64,000 bases of DNA from Alphaproteobacteria bacterium (GCA_965221125.1 CBDCRW010000004.1:544001-608000), one strand, 5' to 3'. Numbered from the stretch's first letter, positions 1-10,289 are shown. Numbers and translations are program-made. The notes: generated by a model not told the origin, from the sequence alone.

Positions 1-193
1 CGGCCGCGCCCATGAAGCCGTCGAGCGGCGTGTAAGCTCCCATGGCGAGCATGAAGAGATCAGAAACCTCGCGGCTGGAGAGCGGCAGTTTCTTGAGGGT
101 GCGCGCCCGCTTCAGCGCCTCGCCCCGCTCCTCTTCGGGTAGAAGCAGGGGTTTCAGCGTGGCGCTGCCGTGCGGGGCGATCAGGGTCGACAT
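1..193 (-). CDS. sat: Sulfate adenylyltransferase (ATP sulfurylase), 5' part; truncated by the window edge
   Basis: Manual translation from ATG at 193: MSTLIAPHGSATLKPLLLPEEERGEALKRA...SDLFMLAMGAYTPLDGFM, a typical Sat N-terminus; lies directly downstream of aprA. Confidence 0.93.
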   Translation of the reverse strand, partial: MSTLIAPHGSATLKPLLLPEEERGEALKRARTLKKLPLSSREVSDLFMLAMGAYTPLDGFMGAA

Positions 194-251
194 GGGGCGT
201 CCCCGCCGTTGGGAGCGTCGGAGAGACGACGATCCCGGCGCGAAATCGGGG

Positions 252-2096
252 CTAATCCACGATGTGGTAGACGGGGGCCTTCTCCATCGCCCATTCCCCG
301 GATTCCCGATCGTAGCGAGACAAGGTGAAGCAGTGCCAATCGGCGTCATCTAGCTTCGGATGATCGCCCCGGTAGTAGTATCCCGGCCACCGCGTCTCCG
401 TCCTGTACAGCGTGTGATGGATCACGGCCTCCGAGGCCAACACCCGGTGGTGCAGCTCCCACGCCCGCTGCAGTTGGTGCAGGTCTTCGGCGCCGAGATG
501 GCCCAAGTCCTCCTTCAGCATGCCCATCAACTCCAGACCTCGGGCGAGCATGGGCTCGTTCGTCGTGTAGGCGGCGCTGATGCCGCCCACGTACTCGTCC
601 ATGAGCTTCTCGAGCCGCTGGAGGCCGTGGATCGGCAGCATGTAGCTCGGCGAGACCGTCCCTGCCACGATCTCGTTGCGGCCCACCCGGTAGGTCTCGA
701 GCGGCTGGTAGATGACCTTCTTGAGGTCTTCGTACTCTTTCTCGCTGACCTGCGGCTGCTCGCCCTTGAGGTCGTTCACGTAGTTGACCGCCGCTTTTCC
801 GGCAATCCGGCCTTCCGTGTACGAGCCCGACGAGAACTTGTGGGCGGAGCCGCCGATGGTGTCGCCGGCGCCGAACAGCCCGTCGACGGTCATCATCCGG
901 TTGTAGCCCCACTGGTAGTCTGCCGGCGCGCAGTCTTCCGGCCCGCTGGCCCAGGCGCCCGAGCAGGTGGCGTGCGAGCCCATGACGTAGGGCTCGGAGG
1001 TGGTGAGTTCCGGGTTGGTGTGCTTGGGATCGATGTTCTGCGACGCCCAGACCACCGCCTGGCCGATCGTCATGCCCAGAAAATTCTCCCAGCCGACCTG
1101 CTCCTTGTGGGGGTCGGCGAAGGCCTCCTTCGTCACCATGCGGATGGGCCCGCGCCCGGCCTTCACCTCCTCCAGGAAGGCGTGGTTGCGCAGGCACGTT
1201 GGCACGGGATGCATGTCGATGTAGTCGCCCACCAGCGCCTTGGTCTGGTCGTACCACTTGGACTCGTACTCCTCCCCGTAGGCGTTCTCGGTGTACGTCT
1301 TGAGGTGGAGGAAGTAGGCGCCGACCGGGCCGTAGCCGTCCTTGAAGCGGGTCAGGACGATGCGGTTCTCCATCTGCGTCATCTTGGCGCCGACGAGGAT
1401 CGGCAGCGCATAGGCCGACGCGCTGCTCCAGGGCGCGTACCAGGTGCGCCCCATCCCTTCGCCCACCGCGCGCGGCTTGAAGATGTGCGACGCACCGCCG
1501 GCGGAGACGATCACCGACTTCGCGCGGAAGACGTGAAAGTCCCCGGTGCGGACGTTGAAGCCGACCGCGCCGGCGACGCGGTTGGGCTTCGTCCGGTCCA
1601 TCAGCAGGTGGGTCACCATGATCCGGTTGTAGACTTCCGTGGCGGCCTTGCGCGCGGCCTCGGCGACGATCGGCTTGTAGCTCTCGCCGTGGATCATGAT
1701 CTGCCACTTGCCTTCGCGCTGGTAACGCCCCGTCTCCGGGTCCCGCATGATGGGGAGGCCCCACTCTTCGAACTTGTGCACCGTGGAGTCGACGTGGCGC
1801 GCGATGTCGTAGCCGAGGTCCTCCCGCACCAGGCCCATGAGGTCGTTCCGCGCGTAGCGGACGTGGTCCTCCGGCTGGTTCTCGTCCCACTGCATGCCCA
1901 TGTAGCAGTTGATCGCATAAAGGCCCTGGGCCACGGCGCCGCTGCGCTCGATGTTCGCCTTCTCGACGCAGACCACCTTCAGGTCGCGCCCCCAGTAGCC
2001 GGCCTCGTAGGTCGCCCCGCAGCCGGCCATGCCGCCGCCGACGACCAGGATGTCCGCATCCACGAACACCGTTTTCCGGCGCGAGAACAGAGCCAC
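252..2096 (-). CDS. aprA: Adenylylsulfate (APS) reductase alpha subunit
   Basis: FAD motif DILVVGGGMAGCG, RSGAVAQGL.AINCY, WQIMIHGESYKPIV, HKFSSGS.TEGR. Likely start is GTG at 2096, overlapping the aprB stop; the 2435 start in the track is an overextension. Confidence 0.97.
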   Translation of the reverse strand: MALFSRRKTVFVDADILVVGGGMAGCGATYEAGYWGRDLKVVCVEKANIERSGAVAQGLYAINCYMGMQWDENQPEDHVRYARNDLMGLVREDLGYDIARHVDSTVHKFEEWGLPIMRDPETGRYQREGKWQIMIHGESYKPIVAEAARKAATEVYNRIMVTHLLMDRTKPNRVAGAVGFNVRTGDFHVFRAKSVIVSAGGASHIFKPRAVGEGMGRTWYAPWSSASAYALPILVGAKMTQMENRIVLTRFKDGYGPVGAYFLHLKTYTENAYGEEYESKWYDQTKALVGDYIDMHPVPTCLRNHAFLEEVKAGRGPIRMVTKEAFADPHKEQVGWENFLGMTIGQAVVWASQNIDPKHTNPELTTSEPYVMGSHATCSGAWASGPEDCAPADYQWGYNRMMTVDGLFGAGDTIGGSAHKFSSGSYTEGRIAGKAAVNYVNDLKGEQPQVSEKEYEDLKKVIYQPLETYRVGRNEIVAGTVSPSYMLPIHGLQRLEKLMDEYVGGISAAYTTNEPMLARGLELMGMLKEDLGHLGAEDLHQLQRAWELHHRVLASEAVIHHTLYRTETRWPGYYYRGDHPKLDDADWHCFTLSRYDRESGEWAMEKAPVYHIVD

Positions 2097-2557
2097 TAGA
2101 GGACTCCCTGCTTGAAGCGATCCGGCGGCATCGCGGGCAGCGCATCGACGTTGAGCGCGTCCGGTTCGTGCGCGAGCTCCTGGGACTTCATCGCCTCCCC
2201 GCCAGGTGCCTCGTAGTCGCCCGGCGGGGGGATCGACCCCCATGGCGTGGTGCGGATCGGGGAGACGAAGTCTTTCTCCGTGCCGTCCCGGAACTTGATC
2301 TTCCAGGAGATGGTGCCCTTCTCCTCCTCCCGCAGCGCGCGGACGCTGTGGCCCATGGGGGCAAAGTCGGCGTAGCCGCGGCAGTCGATGGCATGCTGGG
2401 GGCACGCCTTGACGCAGGAGTAGCACTCCCAGCACATGTTGGGCTCGATGTTGTAGGCGCGCCGGTAGGTCTTATCGATGTGCATGATGTCGGACGGGCA
2501 GATGTCGACGCAGTAGCCGCAGCCGTCGCACCGGGTCATGTAGACGAAGGTCGGCAT
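2096..2557 (-). CDS. aprB: APS reductase beta subunit (2x[4Fe-4S])
   Basis: MPTFV..CDGCGYCVDICP and NIEPNMCWECYSCVKACP; RGYADF. Confidence 0.97.
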   Translation of the reverse strand: MPTFVYMTRCDGCGYCVDICPSDIMHIDKTYRRAYNIEPNMCWECYSCVKACPQHAIDCRGYADFAPMGHSVRALREEEKGTISWKIKFRDGTEKDFVSPIRTTPWGSIPPPGDYEAPGGEAMKSQELAHEPDALNVDALPAMPPDRFKQGVL

Positions 2558-2600
2558 GTGGTTCGGTTATCTCCTCTGTCGAAGAGCGCTGTGGGGCCGA

Positions 2601-3386
2601 TCAGTAGTGGCGCGGCCGTTCGCGGGTGCTGCCGAAGGTCGCGGGCTTGTCGGCAGGCGGCGGCAGGTTGCTCCTCGCGCCCGTCGCCTCGGACACGCGC
2701 TTCTCGAAGGCCGCCGCCGGCTTGAAAAACATGTGCGAAAACTTGGACCACGGAACGGAGCCGAACAGCACCGTCGTCGCGATGAGGTAGAGGCCGAGCA
2801 CCGCGTTCGTCCCCGCACTGTCAATCGACTGCAGCGCGGCCCAGATCAGCCCCAGCGACACGCTGGCGAGAAGCGAGAGGATGAACAGGTCGGCGCGCAC
2901 GATGCGGAACGGCGTATGGCCCTCGGCCGCGATGTCAACCCGGATGAAGAACCAGAACCAGTAGCCGCCGAGGCAGACCAGCAGGGCGCCGGCGATCCAG
3001 AGCTGGGGCAGGACGGCGGGCGTGGTCGTCTCGGTCGACGGGTAGCAAAACACCATGACGATGGTAGTCGCGACGTAGAGCAGGAAGCCGTACATCGTCA
3101 GCAGGTGGGCCGCCCGGCGGCGCCCGTGGCCGAACTCGGCGGACGTCGCGACCTCCGACAGGGCGGTCTGGATCGCGAGGCCAGCCACCCTCCCACCGCC
3201 GACCTGGCGCGACCCCGTGCCCCGCGCGTTCCGCCAGCTGGTGAAGAAGTAGGTGGCGCTCCCCTTGTGCCAGACGTCGAACAGGGTGCCGCCCACCACC
3301 AGCGCGATCATGACGCCGACGTAAATCTGGATTACCTCGGTCGGAATGGTCGCCGAAAGCGCGGCAAAGGGATTGCTGGTGAACAC
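2601..3386 (-). CDS. aprM: APS reductase membrane anchor AprM
   Basis: About five TM segments, RRAAHLLTMYGF and VPWSKFSHMFFKPAAA motifs; immediately upstream of aprBA. Confidence 0.9.
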   Translation of the reverse strand: MFTSNPFAALSATIPTEVIQIYVGVMIALVVGGTLFDVWHKGSATYFFTSWRNARGTGSRQVGGGRVAGLAIQTALSEVATSAEFGHGRRRAAHLLTMYGFLLYVATTIVMVFCYPSTETTTPAVLPQLWIAGALLVCLGGYWFWFFIRVDIAAEGHTPFRIVRADLFILSLLASVSLGLIWAALQSIDSAGTNAVLGLYLIATTVLFGSVPWSKFSHMFFKPAAAFEKRVSEATGARSNLPPPADKPATFGSTRERPRHY

Positions 3387-3607
3387 GTTATTTCCCCGGT
3401 CGGTCTGTTCCGTTCAACACCCGGCGCGACTGTATCGATCCGGCCCCGGGAAAGATACCACCTCTTGGCGCAATCGGTTCGGGACGCGCGGCGGAGACGG
3501 ACCCTGCCCGCGCTCGGTCGCGATACGGTTGGAAGGGGCCATGACGCGGCATTGTAACCGGTTACATCTGCCGAAGATACGGGCGCGGCACGGGGCGGTG
3601 CGCGGAA

Positions 3608-5020
3608 TCAGCGGGCTGCGTCGAGCGCCGGCACGGGCAGGCCGCTCGGCACGCTCTCGGGCACGATGAGCGCGCGACTCCCGGCCTGGTCGTCTTCCAG
3701 GCTCTGCAGGAAGGCGAGTAGGCTCGCGCGCTCGTCCTCGCCGAGCACGACGCCCCGCCTCAGCGTGCGCGAGAAGCTCGCCCGACGCGCCGCCTCGGCC
3801 TCGGTCTCGTGGGGTGACGGGTCGGGTGGGGCGAGGTGCAGGGCAATCGCCTCCTCCAGGCTCGCCACGGCACCGCTGTGGAAGTAGGGCGCGGTCAGCG
3901 TGACGTTGCGGAGCGGCGGCGTGCGGAACTGATAGAGGTGGCGGGGGATGCGCGTCGCCTCGTAGCGGCCCCGGTCGTCGCCGCTCTCGTCGTCGCCCCC
4001 GCTCACGTCGACGCCGGGGCCGATCTGTGGCACGGCAAGCGAGTGGAACTGGAAGTCGCTCAGCAGCGGGCCACTGTGGCAGGCGGCGCAGCGGGCCTTG
4101 CCGTAGAAGAGCAGCGCGCCCTCCTTTGCCGCGCGGTCGATGGCACCCCTGTCGCCGCCGAGGTAGCGGTCCCACGGCGTGTCGCGGGTCACGAAAGCCA
4201 GGGCCTGGAAGTGGCCCAAGGCGTTGGCGAGATCGCCCATGGTGACGCCGCCGAGCAGCGTATCGGGAAAGGCGTCGGCGACGAGCCGGCGATAGGCGAT
4301 CTGCCAGTCGGCGAGCGGTGTGCCGGCCTGGCCCAGCAGCCGGCGCATGAGCGCATCGTGGACCGCCACGAAGAGCTCCGGCTCGTCCTCGTCCAGGCCG
4401 GCCGCGGCGAGCGCAATCTCGTTGGGCTTGTCGCCGTGGCCGCCGGGGAGACCGGGCGCCGAGCGGTCGCCGGGCAGGCCCAGCATCTCCTCCTCGCCTG
4501 CAAGGGGGAAGAGCGCCTGGGCCGCCAGCACGCTCTCGATCCCGTCCGGCAGAAAATCCATCATCGGGGTCTGGAAGCGGCTCACCGGCGCGTCGACCTC
4601 GCTCACCCGCCCGTCCCAGAACATGTTGCGCACGCTTGCGTGGCCCCGATTCCAAAGGTCCATGGAGTTGCGCGGGTGCACACGGGGCTCGCCAAGCGGG
4701 CGGCGGTTCTCCGCAAGGCCCGCCGCGTCCACGCCCACCGCGAGATCGACTCCGTCCGACGTGCCGCGGCCCAGCAGGTGGCAGGTGGCGCAGGCCACGT
4801 CCCGCGTGCCGCTGAGGATGGGGTCGAAGAACAGCATCTGGCCGAGCCGGAACTTGGGCGAGGGCACCAGCGGCGGCATCTCCAGGGGCTCGAGCCCGCG
4901 CGCCGCGATGACGCGCTCGAGCGCGCCGTCGAGGTCGTCATCGGCCCCGTGCGCGGGCCCGGCGATCGCGCCTGCGATGCAGAACCACAGCAGCGCCCTG
5001 GCAAGCCGAAACGGCCGCAT
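3608..5020 (-). CDS. Di-haem cytochrome c peroxidase (CCP/MauG family), secreted
   Basis: Signal peptide; LG.MLFFDPILS; CATCH and CAACH haem motifs; FWDGR; FRTPPLRNV..TAPYFHSG. Confidence 0.9.
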   Translation of the reverse strand: MRPFRLARALLWFCIAGAIAGPAHGADDDLDGALERVIAARGLEPLEMPPLVPSPKFRLGQMLFFDPILSGTRDVACATCHLLGRGTSDGVDLAVGVDAAGLAENRRPLGEPRVHPRNSMDLWNRGHASVRNMFWDGRVSEVDAPVSRFQTPMMDFLPDGIESVLAAQALFPLAGEEEMLGLPGDRSAPGLPGGHGDKPNEIALAAAGLDEDEPELFVAVHDALMRRLLGQAGTPLADWQIAYRRLVADAFPDTLLGGVTMGDLANALGHFQALAFVTRDTPWDRYLGGDRGAIDRAAKEGALLFYGKARCAACHSGPLLSDFQFHSLAVPQIGPGVDVSGGDDESGDDRGRYEATRIPRHLYQFRTPPLRNVTLTAPYFHSGAVASLEEAIALHLAPPDPSPHETEAEAARRASFSRTLRRGVVLGEDERASLLAFLQSLEDDQAGSRALIVPESVPSGLPVPALDAAR

Positions 5021-5113
5021 GACGGCAGTCCTTCAACCCGTTCGGTCTGCCGGCGAGCTTAGCCCGGATTTCCGGGCATGGTCATGGTTTGCGTCAAGCC
5101 GAAGGCGCGCGGA

Positions 5114-6505
5114 CTATCGGGCGGCCGTGCCCCCCATCGCGAGCGAGCTGGAGGCGCGGAAATCCACGTCCTTCGGGTGGCCGTCGAGCGCCAGCCGGAC
5201 AGCACGGTCGAGGCGCTCGGTGAACGCCTGAATCTCCGCCTCGGTGACGGTGAGCGGCGGGCAGATGCGCAGGAAATTCTTCACGCAGATGACGATCACG
5301 CCGCCCAACGCCGCGTTGAGGCGGATACGCTCGGCCATGGCAGGGTCGGGCGTGCGGGTCTCCTTGTCGCTCACGATGTCGAGCATCTGGTAGAGGCCCT
5401 GGCCGCGCACGTCGCCGATCACGTCGTGTGCGTCGCGCAGGCGCTCCAGCGCGGCGCGCAACACCTGGCCCATGGCGGCGGCACGCTCGTCGAGCCTGTC
5501 GCGCAGCACGATCTCCAGCTGCTTGTCGGCGACCGCCGCCGGCAGCGGGTCGCCGGAATAGGTGCCGGCCCAGGGGAGCCCCGCCTTGCCGCGCGCCTCC
5601 TCCGCGATCTCGTGCGTCGTCACCGCGCCGCAGATCGCAAGGCCTGCGCTCATGCCCTTGGCGAAGGTGACGATGTCCGGTGTCACGTCATAGTGCTGGA
5701 AGCCCCAGAGCTTGCCGGTGCGGGCCGGCGCGAGCTGCGCCTCGTCCAGCACCAGCAGCGCGCCCTCCGCCTCCGCCAGCTCCTTGAGCCGGGGTAGCCA
5801 CTCTGGCGGCGGCACCACCATGCCGCCCGCGACCAGCATGGTCTCGGCTAGCACCGCCGCGATATCGCCCGAGGTCACGTGGTCGATCAGCTCGCGCGAC
5901 TGTGCGAGGCAGGCCACGTCGCAGGCCGGGTATTCAAGGTTGACCGGGCAGCGATAGCAGAAGGGCGCGTAGATCGCGGGCGCGTTGGCGGGCGCGAGCA
6001 GCGGCCCGAGATGACGCCGCCGGGCGCCGCCGATCGTGGTCACCGATTCCACCGCGAGGCTGCCGCCGTGGAGGCCTCGGATTACCGAGAGAATGTCGTG
6101 CTTGCCGGTGACCGCGAGCGCCATACGCATGGCGACCTCGTTCGCCTCCGAGCCCGTGACAGCGAAGTTCACGACCTCGAGCCCCTCCGGCAGGGTGCCG
6201 GCGATTCGCTCGGCGAAGCGCACGAGGTGGGGGTTCGAATACCAGGAATTCTCGTGCCAGAGCTTGCCGGCTTCGGCGCGCATGACCTCCACCAGTTCGG
6301 GGTGGCAGTGGCCCAGCACGTTGCACATCATGCCGGCGGTGAGATCGTAGTAGCGCTTGCCGTCGACGTCGTGGAGCCAGATGCCCTCGCCGCGCTCGAA
6401 CTGGATCGCCGGCTGGTAGCGCCAGCCGAAGACGTGGGCTGCGTCCCGCGCCATCAAGTCGGCGTGGGTGTTGGAGGGGTTGTGGCCGGGTGCGGCGTCA
6501 GCCAT
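5114..6505 (-). CDS. Class III PLP-dependent aminotransferase
   Basis: GEGIWLHDVDGKRYYD, LGHCHP, TGSEANE, PDIVTFAKG (PLP Lys), DVRGQGL; ATG at 6505 overlaps the upstream stop. Confidence 0.92.
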   Translation of the reverse strand: MADAAPGHNPSNTHADLMARDAAHVFGWRYQPAIQFERGEGIWLHDVDGKRYYDLTAGMMCNVLGHCHPELVEVMRAEAGKLWHENSWYSNPHLVRFAERIAGTLPEGLEVVNFAVTGSEANEVAMRMALAVTGKHDILSVIRGLHGGSLAVESVTTIGGARRRHLGPLLAPANAPAIYAPFCYRCPVNLEYPACDVACLAQSRELIDHVTSGDIAAVLAETMLVAGGMVVPPPEWLPRLKELAEAEGALLVLDEAQLAPARTGKLWGFQHYDVTPDIVTFAKGMSAGLAICGAVTTHEIAEEARGKAGLPWAGTYSGDPLPAAVADKQLEIVLRDRLDERAAAMGQVLRAALERLRDAHDVIGDVRGQGLYQMLDIVSDKETRTPDPAMAERIRLNAALGGVIVICVKNFLRICPPLTVTEAEIQAFTERLDRAVRLALDGHPKDVDFRASSSLAMGGTAAR

Positions 6506-8837
6506 CGGGCGCGGCCGGAAGCGCGACGGAAATGTCCCGGAGGATCGGATCGGTGGCGACCGCGATCTCGTTCTCGATCTGCGCGCCGCAGCCGGGGCAG
6601 CAGAAGAGCCGGAACTCGACGGGATCATCCACGAAGAGCGAGGGATCGCCGATCAGCGGGTTGGAGTCCGAGACCGGGCGCACGTCCTGCAGGCAGGCGT
6701 CCTTGTAGTTGGCATCAAGGGGCCCGAGGGACGCCCCGCAGTCGCCGCAGGCCCAGTAGGCGCCTTCGGCATCCTCGCGCACGTCGAGAGAATCGGTCGC
6801 GCGCAGCCGCAGATCGCCGTCGCGCTCTGTCTGCGGCGTGGCTCCATTGGTCAGGCGGGCGAGGCGGTCGGCCTTGACGGCGGCGCGGTTGCGCTCCGTG
6901 GCCTCCGCGTCGACGGTTACGTCGTTCTCGCCCAGCACGGCCCCGAAGATCGCCCGCGCCGCCTCCGGCGTGACGTTCTGGTGCAGCAGGTCGTGCTGGA
7001 TCTTCGCCGGGTCCCGCCGCATCGGGTCGCCGAAGCCGCCGCCGCCGGACCAGCGCACCGCGTAGACGTCCGAAGGGTGCTGGTCGAAGTTCTCCTGCCT
7101 GAGCTCCAGGTGCTCCGGCCGGCCCGAGACCTGCGAGTGGTCGTCGATCAGCCGGCGCTCGGCCATGCGCTCCAGGATGTCGCTCTCGCGGATGAACTGG
7201 TAGGCGTTGGTGGTGGACGGGAAGCCCCCCATCATGCCGGTGGATGTCGGCGTCGCGTTGCCGGACGACAGCGTGTCCTGGGTGATGCGTTCGGTGTTGT
7301 GGGGGATGAAGCAGGTCTCGGCGGAAAGCCCGCCGCGGTACCGGCCGGCGCCGCCCGAATCCGGCAACTCCTTGCGGTAGAGCACCAGCAGCGGGAAGTT
7401 CTGCTCGTTGTGCTCCACGTTGGGGAGCTGGCAGATCGGCGTCCGTGCCTGGCCGCCGGTGTTGATGCCGTCGGCGTGCGCGAACGCGCCGATGGAGCCG
7501 CCGATGGGGTCGATCAGCAGGTAGCCGTAGCGCTCGCCCCACTGGTCGATGCCGCGGAAGAGCGTCGCCGGCCACTGGCTGGTGCCGCCGATGCCCATGA
7601 TGTCGCCGCGCAGCTCCTCGTCCGAAAACAGCATCTTGGAGATCGCGTTGTAGGCGGGGTAGAGCGATATCTCCATCGACTGGGTGGGCGCGGTCGACAC
7701 GCTCGCCGGGAAGTCCGCGCAGTTGAGCGTGCCGGCGGTGGGGTCGAAGTCGATGTGCCGGAGCGCGCCGCCCACCGCGAAATACTGGTCCCATGCCAGC
7801 AGCTCGTTGATCGCCACCATGACCGAGCCGCGCCAACCGGAATAGGTGGCATTCATGGCGCCGTCCTGCGGCGCGGTGCCGTCGTTGTCGAAGATCAGCC
7901 GGTTGCCCTTCTTGGTCACGGTGATCTGGACCCGGTGGGTGCGTCGGTCCCCCGGCCGGCAGGCCTCGACGTAGGTGCGGTCGCTCCAGGCGCCGTCGGG
8001 CAGGCGCTCCAGCTTGGCGAGGAAGGCGGTCTCGGCATTGTCGATGATCCGCTTCATCACGCCCTTGACCGTGCGCGGCCCGTAGCGGCGGACGAGCTGC
8101 AGCAGGCGCTCGCGCGCGCTCATGTTGCCGGCGAGCTGGGCGCGGAAGTCGAGCGCCACCATCTCGGGCTTGCGGGAGGAGCGCAGGTATAGCTCCTCGA
8201 TGTCGCGGCGCACCACGTCGTTCTCGACGATCTTCACCGGCGGGATGAGGATGCCTTCGTCGAAGGCGCTCTCCGCCGCGGGGCAGAAGCTGCCGGGCGT
8301 GATGCCGCCGATGTCGTACTGGTGCAGGCAATTGGTGATCCAGCAGAAAAGCTCGCCCTCCCAGAACACCGGGCAGATCACCATCACGTCCATCTGGTGC
8401 GCGGCGCCCACCCAGGGGTCGTTGGCGAGGAACATGTCGCCCTCGCGGATGCCCGGATTGTCGCTGCGGTTCTCCAGGATCCACTTCACCTGCGTGTCGG
8501 TGACGCCCGACATGTACTGCATGTACGGGCCGAAATAGACGAACTCGGCGTCCTCGGTGAGGATCGAGGGGTTGAGGTCGAGTGCGTAGATCGCGACCGG
8601 CGAGCCTGAGATGCGCTGGATGGTGGCGCCGTGCTCCTCGTTGATGTTCCAGAGGTTGTGGCGGATCACCTCGTAGGTGACTGGGTCGATGTCCGTCTCC
8701 CAGTCCCGATGGAGGGTGAGGGAGTCGGAGATGTTGAGCTGCCTGGGCGGCACGTAGGGCTTGGCCACGCCGTCGAAGCGGGTGTCCGTCATCTCGCTGA
8801 TGCGCCGCATGGTCGTGGCCTGTGCGCCGGTATTCAT
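6498..8837 (-). CDS. Hydantoinase B/oxoprolinase-family protein with a C-terminal acetone-carboxylase-gamma-like Zn domain
   Basis: IDPVTYEVIRH, NDPWVGAAHQMD, DSGGAGRYRGG, GGGGFGDP; C-terminal CGDC...NYK...FCCPGCG..IENE. Confidence 0.88.
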   Translation of the reverse strand: MNTGAQATTMRRISEMTDTRFDGVAKPYVPPRQLNISDSLTLHRDWETDIDPVTYEVIRHNLWNINEEHGATIQRISGSPVAIYALDLNPSILTEDAEFVYFGPYMQYMSGVTDTQVKWILENRSDNPGIREGDMFLANDPWVGAAHQMDVMVICPVFWEGELFCWITNCLHQYDIGGITPGSFCPAAESAFDEGILIPPVKIVENDVVRRDIEELYLRSSRKPEMVALDFRAQLAGNMSARERLLQLVRRYGPRTVKGVMKRIIDNAETAFLAKLERLPDGAWSDRTYVEACRPGDRRTHRVQITVTKKGNRLIFDNDGTAPQDGAMNATYSGWRGSVMVAINELLAWDQYFAVGGALRHIDFDPTAGTLNCADFPASVSTAPTQSMEISLYPAYNAISKMLFSDEELRGDIMGIGGTSQWPATLFRGIDQWGERYGYLLIDPIGGSIGAFAHADGINTGGQARTPICQLPNVEHNEQNFPLLVLYRKELPDSGGAGRYRGGLSAETCFIPHNTERITQDTLSSGNATPTSTGMMGGFPSTTNAYQFIRESDILERMAERRLIDDHSQVSGRPEHLELRQENFDQHPSDVYAVRWSGGGGFGDPMRRDPAKIQHDLLHQNVTPEAARAIFGAVLGENDVTVDAEATERNRAAVKADRLARLTNGATPQTERDGDLRLRATDSLDVREDAEGAYWACGDCGASLGPLDANYKDACLQDVRPVSDSNPLIGDPSLFVDDPVEFRLFCCPGCGAQIENEIAVATDPILRDISVALPAAPDG

Positions 8838-8865
8838 GGTTCAGCCCCGTCTGCTGCTGTCCAGC

Positions 8866-10269
8866 CTAGACGTGTATCGCCCGTCCCGCCACCGAGAGCG
8901 CCGCTTCCTTCACCGCCTCGTTGAGCGAGGGGTGGGCGTGGCAGGTGCGCGCGATATCCTCGGCCGAGCCGCCGAATTCCATGACCGCGACGGCCTCGGC
9001 GATCAACGTGCCGGCGTCGTGGCCGACGATGTGGACGCCGAGAACGCGGTCGGTCTCCGCATCGGCCAGCACCTTCACGAAGCCGTCGGTCGCCGACATC
9101 GCCCGCGCGCGCCCGTTGGCGGCGAAGGGGAAGCGGCCGACGTTGTAGTCGATGTCGGCTTCCTCCAGCGCCTCTTCCGTCATGCCGACCGAGGCGGCCT
9201 CCGGGGCGGTGTAGACGACGCCCGGGATCGTCTCGTGGTTCACGTGCCCGCTGCCGCCGGCAATGTTCTCGGCGGCCGCGACGCCTTCCTCCTCGGCCTT
9301 GTGGGCGAGCATCGGCCCTGCGATCACGTCGCCGATTGCATAGACGCCGGGCGCGCTGGTCTCGAAGCGCTCGCTCACGGGGATGCGGTCCTGGCCGTCA
9401 AGCTGGATGCCCACGTTCTCCAGGCCCAGGCCCTCCGTGTTGGGCCTGCGGCCGACCGCGACCAGCACCACGTCCACGTCCAGCGTCGCGCCCTCGCCCC
9501 CCGCGACCGGCTCCATGGTGAGGCGCACGCCCTCGTTGGTGCGCTCGGCGCCGGTGACCTTGGTGCCGAGCTTGAAGGCGATCTTCTGGCGGCGCAGCAG
9601 CCGGTGCATCTGGGTCGCGACCTCGCCGTCCATGCCCGGCAGGATGCGGTCGAGGAACTCGACCACCGTGACCTTGGCGCCGAGCCTGCTCCAGACCGAG
9701 CCCATTTCGAGGCCGATGTAGCCTGCGCCGATCACCGCCATGCGGGCCGGCACCTCGGGTAGCGCCAGCGCGCCGGTGGAGGTGACGATGCGCTCCTCGT
9801 CCACCGCGACGCCGGCAAGCGGGGTGGAGACACTGCCTGTCGCGATCACGATGGCGCCGGCCGTGACGGTGCGCGTCTCCGGCCCCTCGATCTCCACCGC
9901 CCCCGGTCCCGTGAGCCGCGCGTGGCCCTTCAGGTGGGTCACGTCGTTCTTCTCCAACAGCCCGGCCACGCCCTTGGTCAGCGCGCCCACGACCTGGTCC
10001 TTGTGGGCCATCATCTTGTCGAGATCGAGGGTGACGTCCGAGACCATGACGCCGTGGCGCGCCAGCTGCTTCCTGGCGTGAGCGTATTCCTCCGAGGTGT
10101 GCAGCAGCGCCTTCGACGGGATGCAGCCAACATTGAGGCAGGTGCCGCCGAGGGTCGGCGTACGCTCGACGCAGGCCGTGCGCAGCCCGAGCTGCGCCGC
10201 GCGGATAGCCGCGACGTAGCCGCCGGGGCCGGCGCCGATCACAAGGACGTCGAAATCATGTTCGCTCAT
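8866..10269 (-). CDS. lpdA: Dihydrolipoamide dehydrogenase (E3)
   Basis: GAGPGGYVAAIRAAQLG, GGTCLNVGCIPSK, CHAHPSLNEA. Confidence 0.97.
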   Translation of the reverse strand: MSEHDFDVLVIGAGPGGYVAAIRAAQLGLRTACVERTPTLGGTCLNVGCIPSKALLHTSEEYAHARKQLARHGVMVSDVTLDLDKMMAHKDQVVGALTKGVAGLLEKNDVTHLKGHARLTGPGAVEIEGPETRTVTAGAIVIATGSVSTPLAGVAVDEERIVTSTGALALPEVPARMAVIGAGYIGLEMGSVWSRLGAKVTVVEFLDRILPGMDGEVATQMHRLLRRQKIAFKLGTKVTGAERTNEGVRLTMEPVAGGEGATLDVDVVLVAVGRRPNTEGLGLENVGIQLDGQDRIPVSERFETSAPGVYAIGDVIAGPMLAHKAEEEGVAAAENIAGGSGHVNHETIPGVVYTAPEAASVGMTEEALEEADIDYNVGRFPFAANGRARAMSATDGFVKVLADAETDRVLGVHIVGHDAGTLIAEAVAVMEFGGSAEDIARTCHAHPSLNEAVKEAALSVAGRAIHV

Positions 10270-10289
10270 GGCGGCTCCGGCTAACCAAC

